This document shows positions 1 through 13,665 of a DNA stretch of 64,000 nucleotides, piece by piece. Within the stretch, counting starts at the first letter, position 1; each line of letters opens with the position of its first letter. The notes below the pieces were generated by a model. The model had not been told where the DNA came from, searched no databases, and saw nothing but the letters and a program-made list of their open reading frames with translations. This DNA is from Patellaria atrata CBS 101060. Its lineage: Eukaryota. Both the position numbers and the translations under genes were made by a program. The DNA is taken from the NCBI GenBank assembly GCA_010093705.1, contig MU006101.1, positions 605,673 through 669,672 of the forward strand, in the 5' to 3' direction.

Positions 1-611
1 GCCGAGGTACAGTAATCGATAAGATAGCAATTAGAGGTTGGCCAGATCGACTGGCACTGAGGAGGACTTCCGGTTAGATGTTGCGATCAAAAAGTGAACT
101 CGCGTGGTATGTCAAGGCGGCAGAGCTCGATGTTTGCCGGGGGCAGGGGTATGAAAATACGCCGACTCTAGCTAATCTGGTTTGTTGTAGAAGAGTATCA
201 GAGCTTAGAGATCGACTTTGTTAAACCACGGAGGTGTTGATAGGGAAGCAGAGGATATGGGACGTTGTCGATGAATTGGATGAGGTCACAACCTGAAAAT
301 CCAGCCTTGAGTAGCGGGCGTTCATGCATATTTTGGCGTGCTTTTCATGAGGCCGGCTGTAACCTCCGGTTTACAACTACAGTACAACTCGTGAAGAGCG
401 TGTACAGATTTTGGCACAAGAGATCGTATAACATATAATAGATGTGTTTTAAGATCTTGGTATGGTTTTGTGTAATGCTAGAATAGATGCACCAGAATGA
501 ACATCTGTCACCGACTACCCCTGACAACACCATACCCAACACGCTCCCTAACGCTTACTACAACTAAGAGACCTTCTCCAGTAATGCGAAGACAATAGTC
601 GAAACACGGCA

Positions 612-2015
612 CTAGGTACTCGCCGTGCCATTAGTGCTAATAACAGAGGATGTACCTTTGGTTTCGCTACTTTGTCCAGGCATTGGTACAGGACCCCCTG
701 GAGAATCTGGCAACCTCGCTGTCAAAATCTCAACACCATCTTCAGTGACCAGTAATGTGTGCTCTACTATCATGTCAGTATGGGATCTTGGATTATGGGT
801 TATGGGAACACCAACCGAACTGGGCGGACCTCAAACCATCTTGTGTTGTACTAGTCCAGTCGTCCGGCCACGTCTTATCCTTGTGTGTACCTAGATTGAT
901 CATTGGCTCTATTGTAAAGCACATTCCAGGCTTTGCTTGCCCCACAGCTTTGTTTTTGGCGTAATGAGGAACATTTGGTGCACAATGGAAGAGTTGGTTG
1001 ACGCCGTGACCGCAATACGTTCTGACCGCAGAACAATTTTTACTCTTGGCATATTTCTCTATTACATTGCCTGGATCACGGAAGAGCATGCCTGGTTTGA
1101 CGAGTTTAATGGACTCATTGAGACACTCCCTTGCTGTTTCGACAACTCGCACTGCGTCTGGGTCGTCCAATGCCTTCTGGCCGATGTAATATGTCTCGTT
1201 CAAATCACCGTGGAAACCGCCGTGATACAAAGTGACGTCAATGTTCAATATGTCACCATCCTGTAAGACCCTTTGGTCCGGAATTCCGTGACAAATGGTT
1301 TCATTTATAGACGTACAGACTGATTTAGGAAACCGGCAATAGTTTAACGGCGAAGGATATGACTAGGAAATAGTTAGCTCTCGACATGACTCCAGCAATG
1401 CAGAAACCCTCTCACATTTCTTTCAATACAAGCATTGTGCACTATCTCATCAATATAGTCCGTTGTAACTCCAGGTTTTGCCGCTCTCGCCGCAATGTCT
1501 AAAACCTCCCTTGCTAATCTGCACACTTTGCGCATAGCATCTTGACCCTTCTTGTCAAGTATGGTAATATTGTGTCTACCCACAAATTGTCTTTCGGAAC
1601 GAGGAATACCGTCTTTGGCGTAATCGGGAAGCTGGATATGCGACGGTACTTCTCTTCGCGGCGAAAGGGGGTATACAGGTCGTAGTGAACCCGCAAATAG
1701 GAAAGTCGGGAATGGATTGTAATGGCCGGTGTCTGGATCGGGTTTAGATATGACGTTTGGAGGTATGAAATTTCGAAAGATATTACTTTGAGACTTATGT
1801 AAAGATTTGTGTTCGCCCTTAACCTTCTGTCAGTTTGAGTGATCTTGAGGTAAAATGACTGGCTAACCATGTACCCAATTTCTCTTAAAGCAATCTTGTG
1901 AGCAGAAGAAGCTATCCTTACCCATCTTCTGGCACGTCGGGCATTGTAACGCACCCGCGTCCTTGTCGCAATCTGCTCCAAGACATTTCCGCTTTTGCGC
2001 AGATACGCCTGTCAT
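612..2015 (-). CDS. MAP1: Methionine aminopeptidase 1 (multi-exon)
   Basis: N-terminal Zn finger ([19 protein letters not shown]...FFCSQDCF) from ATG 2015; M24A motifs [42 protein letters not shown] across exons; stop TAG 612-614. Confidence 0.95.
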
Positions 2016-2432
2016 GGTGGCGGTAATAGAGGGGTTCGTGAGAATTGAAAATTGGAGTGTTGGAGGCAGGCGGTAGTGTTATGATCGAGTGATGTATGCG
2101 CAGAGTCTCGCTGAGGACTACTCAATGTCATGGAGTATGTAGAGCTTTTGGTTGCAAAACGGTAAAGAAGCTTAAGTACGGAAAGATGTTTCTCACAATG
2201 AAACTATGCTGTAGAGGTTCACCGATAAACTACTAGGATCTACCGACCGAGCAGACAGGCACACGAGGGGCAAGTTCGGCAAATCGTAACATTTCCAGGC
2301 TAGAATTGCCTCTCAAGCGGCCCGGACCTACCCGGGCACTAATTCTGAAGGTACCTCTTAGCGTGAATCAATGACTTATAATTCCGTGACTCTTTTTCTA
2401 CGGAGACATCTATTGAGATGTAGAGCAAGACA

Positions 2433-4042
2433 ATGGTAATTCCTGCACATATGGCGAGTAACAAAGGCCATAAAACTCTGATAGTAGGAGCGGGACCAGT
2501 CGGTGCTCTTGCCGCCATATATGCTGCACGACGGGGAGATAATGTAGAGATATATGAGTTGAGATCTGGTAAGCCCAGTCCTCCCATTCATGATACTCCA
2601 ATTTTGAAGAGGATACTGACACCCCTCCAGACCTGCGGGATCCTTCTACAACTCCGCTGAACTTTACGAAATCCATCAATCTCGCCCTATCAGAACGTGG
2701 TATCAATTCCATAAGGAAAGCGAATTCTCCAGGTCTTCTTGATTCTGTTCTTAATGAGACTGTTCCTATGTATGGACGCATGATACACGGTGAGATTAAT
2801 GGTAAACTCTATGAAAACGCCCAGTCATATGATATCCATGGCAGAGTACGTCCGCTACCAGCACCGAATTGTTAGATCTCAACAATTGTCTCATTCATGT
2901 AGTATATTAGAGCTGTTGATCGAGGTGGCTTGAACAAGCGTCTTCTTGATGAACTTGCTCACATGCCGAACGTCAAATTCTTCTTCAATCATAAACTCAC
3001 CGGTGCGGACTTTAAGCGTAGAGTTGCATGGTTTGAGAAACGAGATTCTTCATCTCAAAGCAATCCCCAAAGACGTAGTCCCGAGATTGAGGTATCATTT
3101 GACTTTATGATTGGTGCTGATGGAGCTCACTCAGCTGTCCGATTCCATCTGATGAAGTTCACCAGGATGGCATATCAACAAGAATATATAGACACGCTGT
3201 GGTGCGAGTTTACAATCCCCCCATCCGAAGATAACGAATATCGGATTTCACCCAATCACTTACATATATGGCCAGGGGGTTCGTTCATGTTCATCGCTAT
3301 CCCTAGTCTCGACAAGACCTTCACTTGCACCCTCTTTCTTGAAGCCGATAAATTTACCTGCCTGGACAAAGATCCTTCTCTAGTAGTCCAGTTTTTCCGA
3401 AGGCAATTCCCTGGCGTAGTCCCTGGTCTCATTTCCGAATCAGAGCTCAAGCAACAATATTCTCAAAATCCTCATCTACCCCTTATCTCCATCAAGTGTA
3501 CTCCGTATCATTATAGTTCCAGCGTAGTCATTGTCGGCGATGCCGCTCATGCTATGGTACCATTCTACGGGCAGGGAATGAACGCCGGCCTCGAAGATGT
3601 CCGTGTTCTCTACGATTTCCTTGATGCTCATCAAGACTTAACTGTCGATTCGGAAGTGGTCCAAGACTCCCAGGGTCGCGCGCTTGACGCATACTCAAGA
3701 CAACGCGCTCCTGACGCCGCTGCTATCAATGATCTAGCTCTCAAAAATTACAATGAGATGGCACACCACGTACAAAATCCGACCTATCTAATACGCAAGT
3801 GGGTTGAAGAACGTGCAGATAGGTACCTGCCAAGCTTGGGGTGGGCAACGCAGTATTCTCGCATCAGCTTCGGGAACGAGCGATATTCAGAGATCACTAA
3901 GGCTACCAGGAACCAGGGAATTGTTTTGATGAGCTTCGTAGGTTTGGTTATTGGCACGACAATGAGCTGGGGCGGCTGGTGGGCATGGAGATGGACCCGT
4001 ACCTCGCGTCCCACAAGAGTTCTTTCGAAGTGGTTTACGTAA
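2433..4042 (+). CDS. BNA4: Kynurenine 3-monooxygenase (FAD-dependent), 3 exons
   Basis: [11 protein letters not shown] motif, [45 protein letters not shown]-terminal hydrophobic anchor; introns ~2569-2630 and ~2846-2902. Start could be ATG 2451. Confidence 0.95.
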
Positions 4043-4545
4043 TTTTCAAGCGACGAAAGCTGAAGAAACTGGGGGGGGTGTTAGGGTTCTCTAAATCAAT
4101 ATTAAACATTCAGACTAGAAGATTACCTTAGTCTTTCATTGAGCCCCTGAGCCTCGTCAGGGTTACCAGATGAGGTGCTAACTGTACAAGATTCAAACTT
4201 ATTATATAATGAAATTTTGAGATGAGATACTAGGAGCGATAGAATTATACAGTTCTATGTCTAATATAAAATGACTATTAAAAAAAAGCTATTCTTTTAT
4301 ATAATTACTCAATTAAGAATGCGATACCAGCCGGGCTCCCTAACTTACCGGAGCCACCTACCTAGTTCTAGCGACGTCACCGCCATCTCATCGACAACCC
4401 ACCGGGCCAAATCCCTCTCAATAATAACCAATTCCAAATCCGATCTTTCCTTCAACCCTTATAACGTAGATTCTTTTACTGAAATCTGAATTATAGTCTT
4501 GAATACCTCTTCCTGACCCGTACACGCCCCACAATTTTACCAATC

Positions 4546-5730
4546 ATGACCACTGCGGAGAAGTATATTCTCAAAGTAACTGCGGGGGATTCATACGAGA
4601 TATCGACCCAAAGCACCGTTCTCGTAAATACCTCTATACCTACCACCCTCACAACTCCGCACCTCTCTGTCCGGCTGCACGTACGCGTCGCCAACTACCG
4701 TGGACTTCCGCATTCCTCCCCAAACACCTCACCCTACTTCTCTCACCCGGCGCATCGCAGCGATCGCTACTCACTTCAATTCAGCTTCGTATTCAATGAG
4801 GACGTTAACGGTGATGATCTTGTTTTTGGAAACGATTTCGATCATCCGATAAGAGATCGATTGCCTTACGGAACACAAATGGCTTTCAATTTCGCGAAGA
4901 AGTGGGTAGATCCTGGACTTTACGGCGACTTCTATGCGGATGAGCCATATTTATATGGGCTGCTGTTGAGCTCGGTCAATGTGCTGAGGGTTGGGGGGTT
5001 AGAAGGGAAAGAGAAGACTAGAAGAGAGGGTAAAGAGAACACTGTGGAGACGGAGGAAGTAAAAGAGGATAGGGAGATATCGGATGAAGAGGAGGTCGGG
5101 ATATTAGAAGAAGGGGGCGAGAATGGGGGAGAAGAAGTGCGAGACATATTCGAGGTACCGAGAGCTGCAGCAAAGAGGATGGCACATTTTTTACAAGAAG
5201 AAAAGAGGAAAGAATTTATACTTGAAAAAGGGAGGCGGTATGAATGCGATTTCCACAACCCGTACTTGGATTTTAACGGTATGTTTTACTGCACTCATTT
5301 AATCAGCGTCGCCTCTCTCTATAATCCATCTTAAGTTCCTTTGCAGTAGAAAGGCATTTTTAACCAGTACGCTACAGACTTTTCCCTTAAACTACCCGTC
5401 ATAACAATCCCCATTATGGGTCACTGGGATGGACAGCCCCTACGGTGAGTGTTTCTTTTATTCATACACCCCTTTTCTGTCAGACAGAAGCATGAAAGGC
5501 AAACAATGAAGACACTTTTCCTATAGACATGCCTAACTAACCATAGCACCCACCACCTTAGATATGTGCTTAAAAATCGCCGAACGAATACCCTATACTT
5601 TGTTGTTAACTTTGGGTTAATACCCGTAGAGGAGGTGAAGGCACAGGAGAAACAACCTGGGTCAACTGACAAGCTACGAGAGGAGAAGGCCTCTGCGTCG
5701 ATAGGAGGAGATGACGATGAGTTGGATTGA
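4546..5730 (+). CDS. DUF1769-family (UPF0590-like) uncharacterised protein, 3 exons
   Basis: KYILKVTAG start, DLVFGNDFDHPIRDRLP, DPGLYGDFYADEPYLYG, DFHNPYLDFN, then spliced HWDGQPL-RYVLKNR; stop TGA 5728-5730. Confidence 0.8.
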
Positions 5731-6442
5731 AAATAGGTGAAGATGGAAGCGTTATTATTGCCAGCAGGGGAAAGTCATTTTGTAATAACATTGAGAATCC
5801 TTCCTGCGCTATGGGAACCAAAGGTTTTCGTGTTTCGAAGACAATTGCTTTCCTTTGAGCATAAAAGAGTTATTATCGGCTATCCAAAAGGTGAGTATCT
5901 TATCAATATCGTCTATCCCTGTTCCTGAACCCATCCCAGTTATATTCGGACGTTTTTAAAGTATGAAAAAGCATATGGTAAGGGAATACGGAGGTCTCCC
6001 AAATTATCTTCTTGATTTTATCTAGGCGTTCTTCTAAGTTAGTCTACTGTCTACTTCGCAACAGGTGCTGATCTAAATATATTGTAGAAATGCATATCAA
6101 CTATATAAATGCTCCGATAGAGTTGAACCCCATGCTGTTTCAACCAATACAATTGTATGCTGGTCAAGGGTATTCCGTGACCAGTTACTACCGACGATTA
6201 TGCTGCACCAAACGGCGTCCTATCAAAAAAGGAGAGATATTCTTACTGGATAACTCGAGAGTATCCTTCAAATAACGAATAGCTCGTCGCCTTTTTCGTC
6301 TCTTGCGCGAACTATATCCTGAGGAATCTTAATATCTATTCTTTCGGATAAATAGATTACAACCTCTGAGCTGTGAATTTGTTGCAGTCTCGGCCTTCTC
6401 ATAAATATTTCCACTCTAATCTCCGTGAGCGAGTCATTGAAT

Positions 6443-7850
6443 ATGGCATCACTTCTAGCACTATTCAAGGAATTACTCGACGAAATTTGTCTTTTGGTCG
6501 AAGGGGAAGACCTACAACGACTGCGAGCTGTTAATTACCGTTTACTCCAGGTATCGCAACGGATTCGCTTATTACAGGAGAAATTCAGCTGTTTTCAATC
6601 TGCCAAATGTCCTTCGCGGTGGCTTTGGCATAATCTCACTTGTAGCACATTTTCAAGCACTGCCGGGAAAAGTTTCGTGGACCACATTGCTTGGAGTAAC
6701 TACAATAATTCCCATACCGATCCTCGGTTTCACAACAGAAACCATCTCAGTAGCCCTTGCAAAAGTAAACTTGTTTTAAAAGGAAGGATGAATGTTATTG
6801 TCATGGTACTGGGCTACACATCCATCGTGACTCGACAGTTCAGGACTGGGATATCAACACCAATTCACCTATCCAAATTCCATCCGCACCTTGTGAGCCG
6901 AATGATCTGGCACGATTAGACGCTATTGTAGACTTATTGCCTTGGCTGGAGATGAACTTCAAGACAGATGAGCTCAAAACAGATCTTCAAAGATCTCATA
7001 ATGAAGCAATACTCGCCGTTCTAATACCATATCTTCCTAACCTACGTACCCTATCACTGCATCATTTTGGTACAATAAGTTTCAAATACCTGCGTTCTGC
7101 CGCTACGTATACTGTTATCCCAAAAGATTCGCTGTCTACTCAGAATCTCTTTCGAAACCTGTGCAATAGAGATTTTCAAAATAGTAAAATGTATTCTCAG
7201 GAGGATGGCATTTCACTCCAATTCCTTGCGACTTTTATGGCTCCCGAGCTTGAAAACAATCGAAGCAGATGTAGTTAGGAACGCATCAGACGAATATAGC
7301 CATGAAGGACATACATGTCATTCTAATGCATCAGATGTCCTATTCGAAAGTGTTGATTGCTCCATAAGAGCGTCAGGTCGCCTACCGGCATACATCCGGC
7401 CAATAGATAAGCTTCATGTTGGGTTTGACTCTTCTTTACCGTTGGTCGACGTGGACTGGTTTTCCGGTGTACTTTGGGGTTCGTCACAAAATTCACTCAC
7501 AACACTGGTATTAGATGGTTATGCCTACGCAGGCCCAACAATCCTGCTCCAGCGGTTTACTCACATGAAGGTGATAGCCATCAGTACAATCTTCTTAGAT
7601 CTCATCAACATAGATGCTCTTCCTGGCTACCTTCCAGCGTCAATGGAAAATTGGACCTAAGATGAGGCCACTCCAAAAGTCTGAGTCCTATATGGGTTAT
7701 TCTGGGCGCTAAATCCCAATCGTTTCCGAGTCTGAAGAATCTCTATTAGGGGCGATCAATACATGACCCCGAGTTGAGAGACATACAACTTGCCTGCGAT
7801 CAGCTCGGTATGGGTTTCCAAGATTATTCGTCATATTTCTTTCCAGCCCT
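6443..7850 (+). pseudogene. Degenerate F-box / leucine-rich protein
   Basis: F-box-like start MASLLALFKELLDEICLLVEGEDLQRLRAVN; later fragments (EAILAVLIPYLPNLRTLSL; LPSLKTI; SLTTLVL) lie in different frames without convincing introns. Confidence 0.5.
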
Positions 7851-8894
7851 TGACTAGGAAGTCTTCGGAACTGTTGGCCATTATTAGTTTCATTTGATAT
7901 AGAGTTCTCTTTTGTTCTAGGGGCCAGAGTTCTGCGACGTTAGCACGGGATTATTAAAAAAATTTACAGTAGAATGGGACTAATGGTTACATAGAATTTT
8001 TCTTTGTCTCAATAATTGTCAAGCCTCTTTTTATTACGTGATTTACTCCCAGAACAGGTCGTATATTTGTTCGTATACCCATTATGCAGATATTGCAGAT
8101 GAGGCCCCATGTCATTCTGGACCATATCTATATATAGCTCTGTTAACAGTAGCGCTAATAATTATCTAAAGCTCATCTAGCTCCGTCTAAAAATAATGGC
8201 TTCCCGCAGTGACTGCATAGAAATATATGATTAGTCTACGGCCCCTTTAACGAGTTTTGGAATACCGATGACAGCCCTGGAAAGATATAATATCTATTGT
8301 AAATGCGTCGACACGGCGTTCACCGCAAAATGTGATGTCATGCAAGAAGATTACGCCATCTTGGGCGCGATGGTTGTGGTAGTATATTGTATGGCACATT
8401 TAGAATCTTGAATAGGCTATAAGTTTACCTTCGTTACTCAGTGGCAATGGATTTACACAGAGATCTCTTAACAAGAGATGAGCGATATGAAACCCTACAT
8501 ATAAATGTCCTATTAAAGGCGGGCGAATATTGGACTTCATTCGCAGTACTAAGCACGTGCTAGGGTAATATGTAGAACTAAAGGAAAGATGGAGGTCTGA
8601 AAAAGCTTTGGCTTGCCGAGAATCTAGCGCTACAAAATTTCATTCGCTCAGTTTTTCATCTTTTGTCTAAAGCCCGGACTCCGTGCAAACTTCTGCTCGG
8701 TATCAACTTTTAAGATGGATGTGGTGAGAGGTGTAGTGGGAGTGCTCCGGTGATGTAGATTCTACTCTCTTGATCCCAATCTATTTCTTACCATTCATGC
8801 TACTTCCCTTTTAATAAAGTTGTCCTTACTCGTTGCGCTAGGGGCAAACATCTTCTGTGATACGATCTTCCCTTAAGTCTTAGATTGCTACTTC

Positions 8895-11312
8895 ATGAAA
8901 CCTCACGATGGTATTACGAGCTCAACCTCGTCAGCAAGACATGTATTTCACGATAGATGTGCCAAAAGGAATCCCCGGGTTTTATATCTAGACGCCTATG
9001 ATTCTTTCTCTAATAACATCATAGCACTATTAACTACATCGCTCCAGGCGACTGTAGAATCGGTTCATATTGATGATCTAAGATACTTGCAAAATCAAGG
9101 GGCCTTCTACAGCCTTCTGGAAAAATTCGATGCGGTGGTAGCTGGACCTGGTCCTGGAAATCCCGCTAAGAAGAGCGATGTAGGCCTTGTTGAGCAACTA
9201 TGGAATCTCCCAGATGACCAATTGCTCCCGATCCTGGGGATATGTCTGGGATTTCAGTCTCTCGGTCTAGCGTATGGAGCTCAGGTAGAGCGTCTGAAAG
9301 AACCCCGGCATGGACTTGTAATGAACGTTACCCATAACCAGCGGTCTATCTTTAATAAGCTCGACAGATTTACGGCTACGCAGTATCATTCCCTATTCGT
9401 CAATATTGGGCATTTTCTTCAATCAGGGCGACACAGGTCTTTATCAGATAATCTCTGGAACCCCACGAGCAAATGTCCTTTACTACAACCATTAGCTTGG
9501 GATTTAGAAGATACTGAGAACGGACCGGTTCTTATGGCAATTAGACATATGGAGAAACCATTCTGGGGCGTTCAATATCATCCCGAATCCATTTGTACGG
9601 ACGAAGAAGGAGCTAAGGTCATTAAGAATTGGTGGTGCTTAGCAGACGAGTGGTTGCAAAGCCGTAAAGGGGTAGTTTTACGGGATTACAAAACCCTAAA
9701 AGTTCACGGTCTTAGTGTCTTAAGCCCTACGAAGTCAAGTATTCTATCCGAGGCCGTCAACTTGCATTCGTGCCATCCGACATTGAAGAAGGTATTATGG
9801 CAAAGTATGGACCTGGGCGCATTGAATGTTCCACGGATGTTTGAATTACTGCAAGCGGGTAGAAAACAAGCCATTCTCTTAAAATCGACCACGAATCCCC
9901 GAGTAGATGCTTCCGACCCTGGAACGGGTTCTCATAGCATCCTCGGCGTAACTGATCCGAACGGTGTAGCTCAAATTTGTTATTTTCAGAAAGAATCGAC
10001 CGTGAAGTTTCTCTCCGCGAACGGCCAAGTGACCTATAGCTCCAAGTGCGATGATATATGGTCATTCCTTCAGGGGTTTACGCAAAGGAGACGGGTTACG
10101 GGAGGACCGGAAAATTCTCCCTTTTGGGGAGGTCTTATGGGGTTCGTGACTTATGAAGCTGGGCTAGAAACAATCTCCGTCAAATCCTGTGCTATGGAAC
10201 ATCCATCGAGGAGAATTACACGCCGCCCAGATATATGCTTCGCTCTTGTTACACGGAGTGTGATTGTTGACCACCTCCGTTCGACCGTATTCGTTCAAAG
10301 CATCCGTAAGGATGACCAGGCATTCATCTCAGAAACCATAAATGCCCTGTGTACTGACGTCAAACCTCAGGGTTCCTCAATCCCTGACCCAGTATACTCT
10401 CCGCCTCCTATATCTTCGACGACGAGCCCCGTACGCGATACTTACTGTAATCAAGTTCGTCAATGCCAGTCATCTATACGTGCAGGCGATTCCTACGAAC
10501 TTTGCCTCACGGATCAGAGCACGGTCGTTCTTTCAGCCCCTACGGATTCCTGGTCATTATACCTACATCTCCAGAAAGTCAATCCAGCACCGTTCAGCGC
10601 ATATATCCGCCTTGGACGACTTGGTAGCGGAGTAACAATTCTAAGTAGTAGCCCTGAACGCTTCCTCCGATGGACCAGAGACGGAGATGCTCAATTTCGT
10701 CCTATCAAGGGGACAGTGAAGAAATCGAAAGACATGACACTGGAAAAAGCAACTGAGATCTTAAACTCCTCCAAAGAGAAAGCAGAGAACCTCATGATTG
10801 TCGATCTCATACGTCACGACCTTCACGGCATTGTAGGTGCAGGAAACACGTGGATGAAACAGCTCATGTCAGTCGAAGAGTACAAAACCGTCTACCAACT
10901 CGTCAGCGTCATCGAGGGACGGCTCAGGAACCGTATCCCAGCGGGCGAAGCGGAAGATAAAAGCGGCATCGAACTTCTCGCTGCTTCGCTGCCCCCGGGT
11001 TCGATGACCGGAGCGCCGAAGAAAAGGTCTTGCGAACTGCTGGCGGACATCGAGGGGAAGCCTCGTGGTATCTATTCAGGGGTAATCGGATACTTGGACT
11101 TCGGCGGTGGGGGTGATTTCGCCGTGGTCATACGCACGGCGTACAAGTGGGATGATGAGACCGGGCCGGTTCACGAGGGTAGTGAGGAAGTCGGCGAGCG
11201 CTGGCACGTGGGCGCTGGAGGGGCGATTACGGCGCAAAGTACCCCTGAGGGGGAGTGGGCAGAGATGTGGACGAAGAGAGAGAGCACGATGAGGATGTTT
11301 GAGACGGCGTAA
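8895..11312 (+). CDS. ABZ1: Aminodeoxychorismate (PABA) synthase, fused PabA-PabB, intronless
   Basis: GATase motifs DAYDSF, GPGPG, LGICLGFQ, QYHPES; chorismate-binding domain SSSPERFL, PIKGT, KEKAENLMIVDLIR, PPGSMTGAPK, GAGGAIT. Confidence 0.95.
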   Translation: MKPHDGITSSTSSARHVFHDRCAKRNPRVLYLDAYDSFSNNIIALLTTSLQATVESVHIDDLRYLQNQGAFYSLLEKFDAVVAGPGPGNPAKKSDVGLVEQLWNLPDDQLLPILGICLGFQSLGLAYGAQVERLKEPRHGLVMNVTHNQRSIFNKLDRFTATQYHSLFVNIGHFLQSGRHRSLSDNLWNPTSKCPLLQPLAWDLEDTENGPVLMAIRHMEKPFWGVQYHPESICTDEEGAKVIKNWWCLADEWLQSRKGVVLRDYKTLKVHGLSVLSPTKSSILSEAVNLHSCHPTLKKVLWQSMDLGALNVPRMFELLQAGRKQAILLKSTTNPRVDASDPGTGSHSILGVTDPNGVAQICYFQKESTVKFLSANGQVTYSSKCDDIWSFLQGFTQRRRVTGGPENSPFWGGLMGFVTYEAGLETISVKSCAMEHPSRRITRRPDICFALVTRSVIVDHLRSTVFVQSIRKDDQAFISETINALCTDVKPQGSSIPDPVYSPPPISSTTSPVRDTYCNQVRQCQSSIRAGDSYELCLTDQSTVVLSAPTDSWSLYLHLQKVNPAPFSAYIRLGRLGSGVTILSSSPERFLRWTRDGDAQFRPIKGTVKKSKDMTLEKATEILNSSKEKAENLMIVDLIRHDLHGIVGAGNTWMKQLMSVEEYKTVYQLVSVIEGRLRNRIPAGEAEDKSGIELLAASLPPGSMTGAPKKRSCELLADIEGKPRGIYSGVIGYLDFGGGGDFAVVIRTAYKWDDETGPVHEGSEEVGERWHVGAGGAITAQSTPEGEWAEMWTKRESTMRMFETA

Positions 11313-12564
11313 TTGTGGTGTTATTCGTTTATGTACAGATTATTTCAACAGCAGCTCTTAGTCACGGAGGAGTTTGTTAAAATGTACAACAAAGTAAGGC
11401 GTTCAACACCTTAGGAGAATATACAGTGATTTTATCCGTGTATGACTGGTCCATCACGCAGAATAGCTCGTGAATCCCGTCTTGAAATGTTATACGAAGC
11501 TTCGTGTCACTACGCCAGTTGAACAACTACCTGGACCAACTTGTCTACGCTCACGGTCAACCCACGAGTAACTCAGATAACAAGGCACGTTACTCATTCG
11601 GCCATGTCGTGAACACCCCCAAACCTAGCTCGATGTAGTAATCCCTGTGGATTCTTCGTCGAACCTCTACCCAGCTTGCGAGGGGCAACGGCACCCGCCA
11701 CGCGTTCATACGACCGTGACTTTCCAGTCCGTGACAGAGATCTCTGATTTGCTTCTCCCCGGCTCTGGGAGCACGTGCAGCGCGTCTCGGCGCTTTACCG
11801 TAGATGGAGCGGTCCATTACGTGGGCAAACACACGTAACCCTTACGGTTTCGTATTGAAGAGACTTAGTGTGGAGCTCGTTGATAGATGGTAAATCACGG
11901 TTATTTGACGTGCTAATCCTAAGGTAAGAATATGGTGCTGAGTGCTTGGAAATGGGATATGTTCACTTCGATCTAGTTCCCCGTTCACATCTTATGATTA
12001 GGACTGTTGATCATCGAGCCCTGTACAAGCATGTTCGCTATGTAAGTTCATACCAAGGTCACTGATGTCGCGCTGATCATACATGACATTGAAACTCATG
12101 GGGAGTGAGGATCTCAACATTGAATTCATGTCCTTGTCTATAAGAAGGGTTAAGTCACTGTGCTATTGTTAGATAAACTGGATCTGCAGATGCACTGAAT
12201 ATATCGCTTGATTCTCAAAAGAGTGGCTCTATCTAGCTGTTATATACTGCAGGTGTGTATCAAAACGGACGGAACCGTATGAAATCTATGTCTTAGAAAA
12301 CAGCAAATATGGATACCAACAGTAAGCACTAAAAGATAGTACTGTATCAGATTAGTAACCCTGGTTACGGTCGCCGCCGGTAGGACCAATACTCTAACAG
12401 CTCTACTATCTAACAGCTATTCACTAACGCCTGACCTCCAGACATGCCCGCCGGAATCTCTAAACCCCGGATACATCATCACGCATCTAGGACAATCTTT
12501 ATAATCAATACCTTTTTGCCTTATCACAAATTCTCTATTCCGGTCTAGCGAAGCTACTTGCACC

Positions 12565-13254
12565 TCACTTCTCATCTAACCGCGCACTCTCCCTCCTCAC
12601 CATCCGACGTATAGCTTCATTGCTAAGCCCCAGAACTCTTGCCATGTGAAATGTAGATCGTAGCTGCTCGGAAAGTGCATTTTCTGCCGCGGCGTTCCTT
12701 ACATTCCCTGCAGCGGCCTGCTGGCCTTGATGAGCAAGAAGGGATGTAGCAGGTGTCGAATTTTGGGTAGAGGGTTGAAGGACGGGATTTGCGTTAGTGT
12801 TTTCCTTGCGGTTTGATTAGCGTTTCCTAGACGACGGTATTAGAGGAGTAAGGACTTACGAGTGCACCGCTCGTCCTGGGGTTTGGTAATCTTGTTCGTG
12901 GCTGCGGGATGCTAGGCCTTATTCTCAACTTCTTCAGTGGTTTAGGAGGTTCGTCATCATCGCTTCTGCTGCCAATACAGATTTCTTCTTCGTTTACTCG
13001 CTGGGTGTATTTCTGTTCGGACCTTGTACTCCCTGGTTGTGGTGATGATGGAGGCAGATGAACAACCACGTGAACTTCTCCCGTTTACGATGTTCATCCC
13101 AGATGTGCTTGCATCGATCTCTCATGTTGTTGAATGTCCCGTGTATAAGCATGTCCTGGACGCTGCAGTAATCACACATAATTTCGCGTTTGGAGAGGTA
13201 GAGTCCGCCTGTTAGCGGCCAGTGTTGGGTATGGCCCCTAACGTTGCAAGGCAT
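12565..13254 (-). pseudogene. Orphan Zn-finger protein, copy A (one frameshift)
   Basis: MPCNVRGHTQH...CDYC...F...KHIWDEH; continues in another frame (VHVVVHLPPS...); phase-0 GTAAGT...GCTAAT...AAG intron; last exon ends FHMARVLGLSNEAIRRMVRRESARLDEK-TGA. Similar to 28267-29306. Confidence 0.5.
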
Positions 13255-13665
13255 ATCTCTTAATATCAATGAAAGAAATAGGAAGATGGGAGTGGGTATA
13301 ATCTAGAATTATTAAGGTGAGTATAGAAGGATGAATAGTAAGAAAGACTTTTTCTTGGATAAAATAGTCACGATAGAAGTGGAGAGTAAGAGGGCTAAAG
13401 AAAAGAAAAGGCGTGAGAATAGGAGTAAAGATAGAGCTTGTGAACCACCTGCATCTACTAGAGATGGTTGAGGTTTGGATAATAAACAAACTGAACTAGG
13501 GTCCGTTTACCATGTCAAGTTGCAGATAACAATAAGATACTGCTTACCTACAGTGAAATTATTTACCATTAATGGTAGTAGAAATTTTACTTGCTACTAC
13601 ATGGGGAAGTCTGATTAGATATCCCTTATTAATCACTACACGGAACTAATATTATACAACAAAGC

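Noticed and set aside
1..560. 5' part of a gene at the window start
   Set aside because: Only short, stop-riddled frames; unsupported.
2433..11312. Aromatic-metabolism gene cluster (KMO + ABZ1)
   Set aside because: Both are ordinary primary-metabolism genes separated by unrelated loci; no backbone enzyme, transporter or regulator.
11590..11832. Protein-kinase remnant (IRDLCHGLE...IHRD) on the minus strand
   Set aside because: Spacing is wrong and no other kinase motifs are nearby; likely chance.
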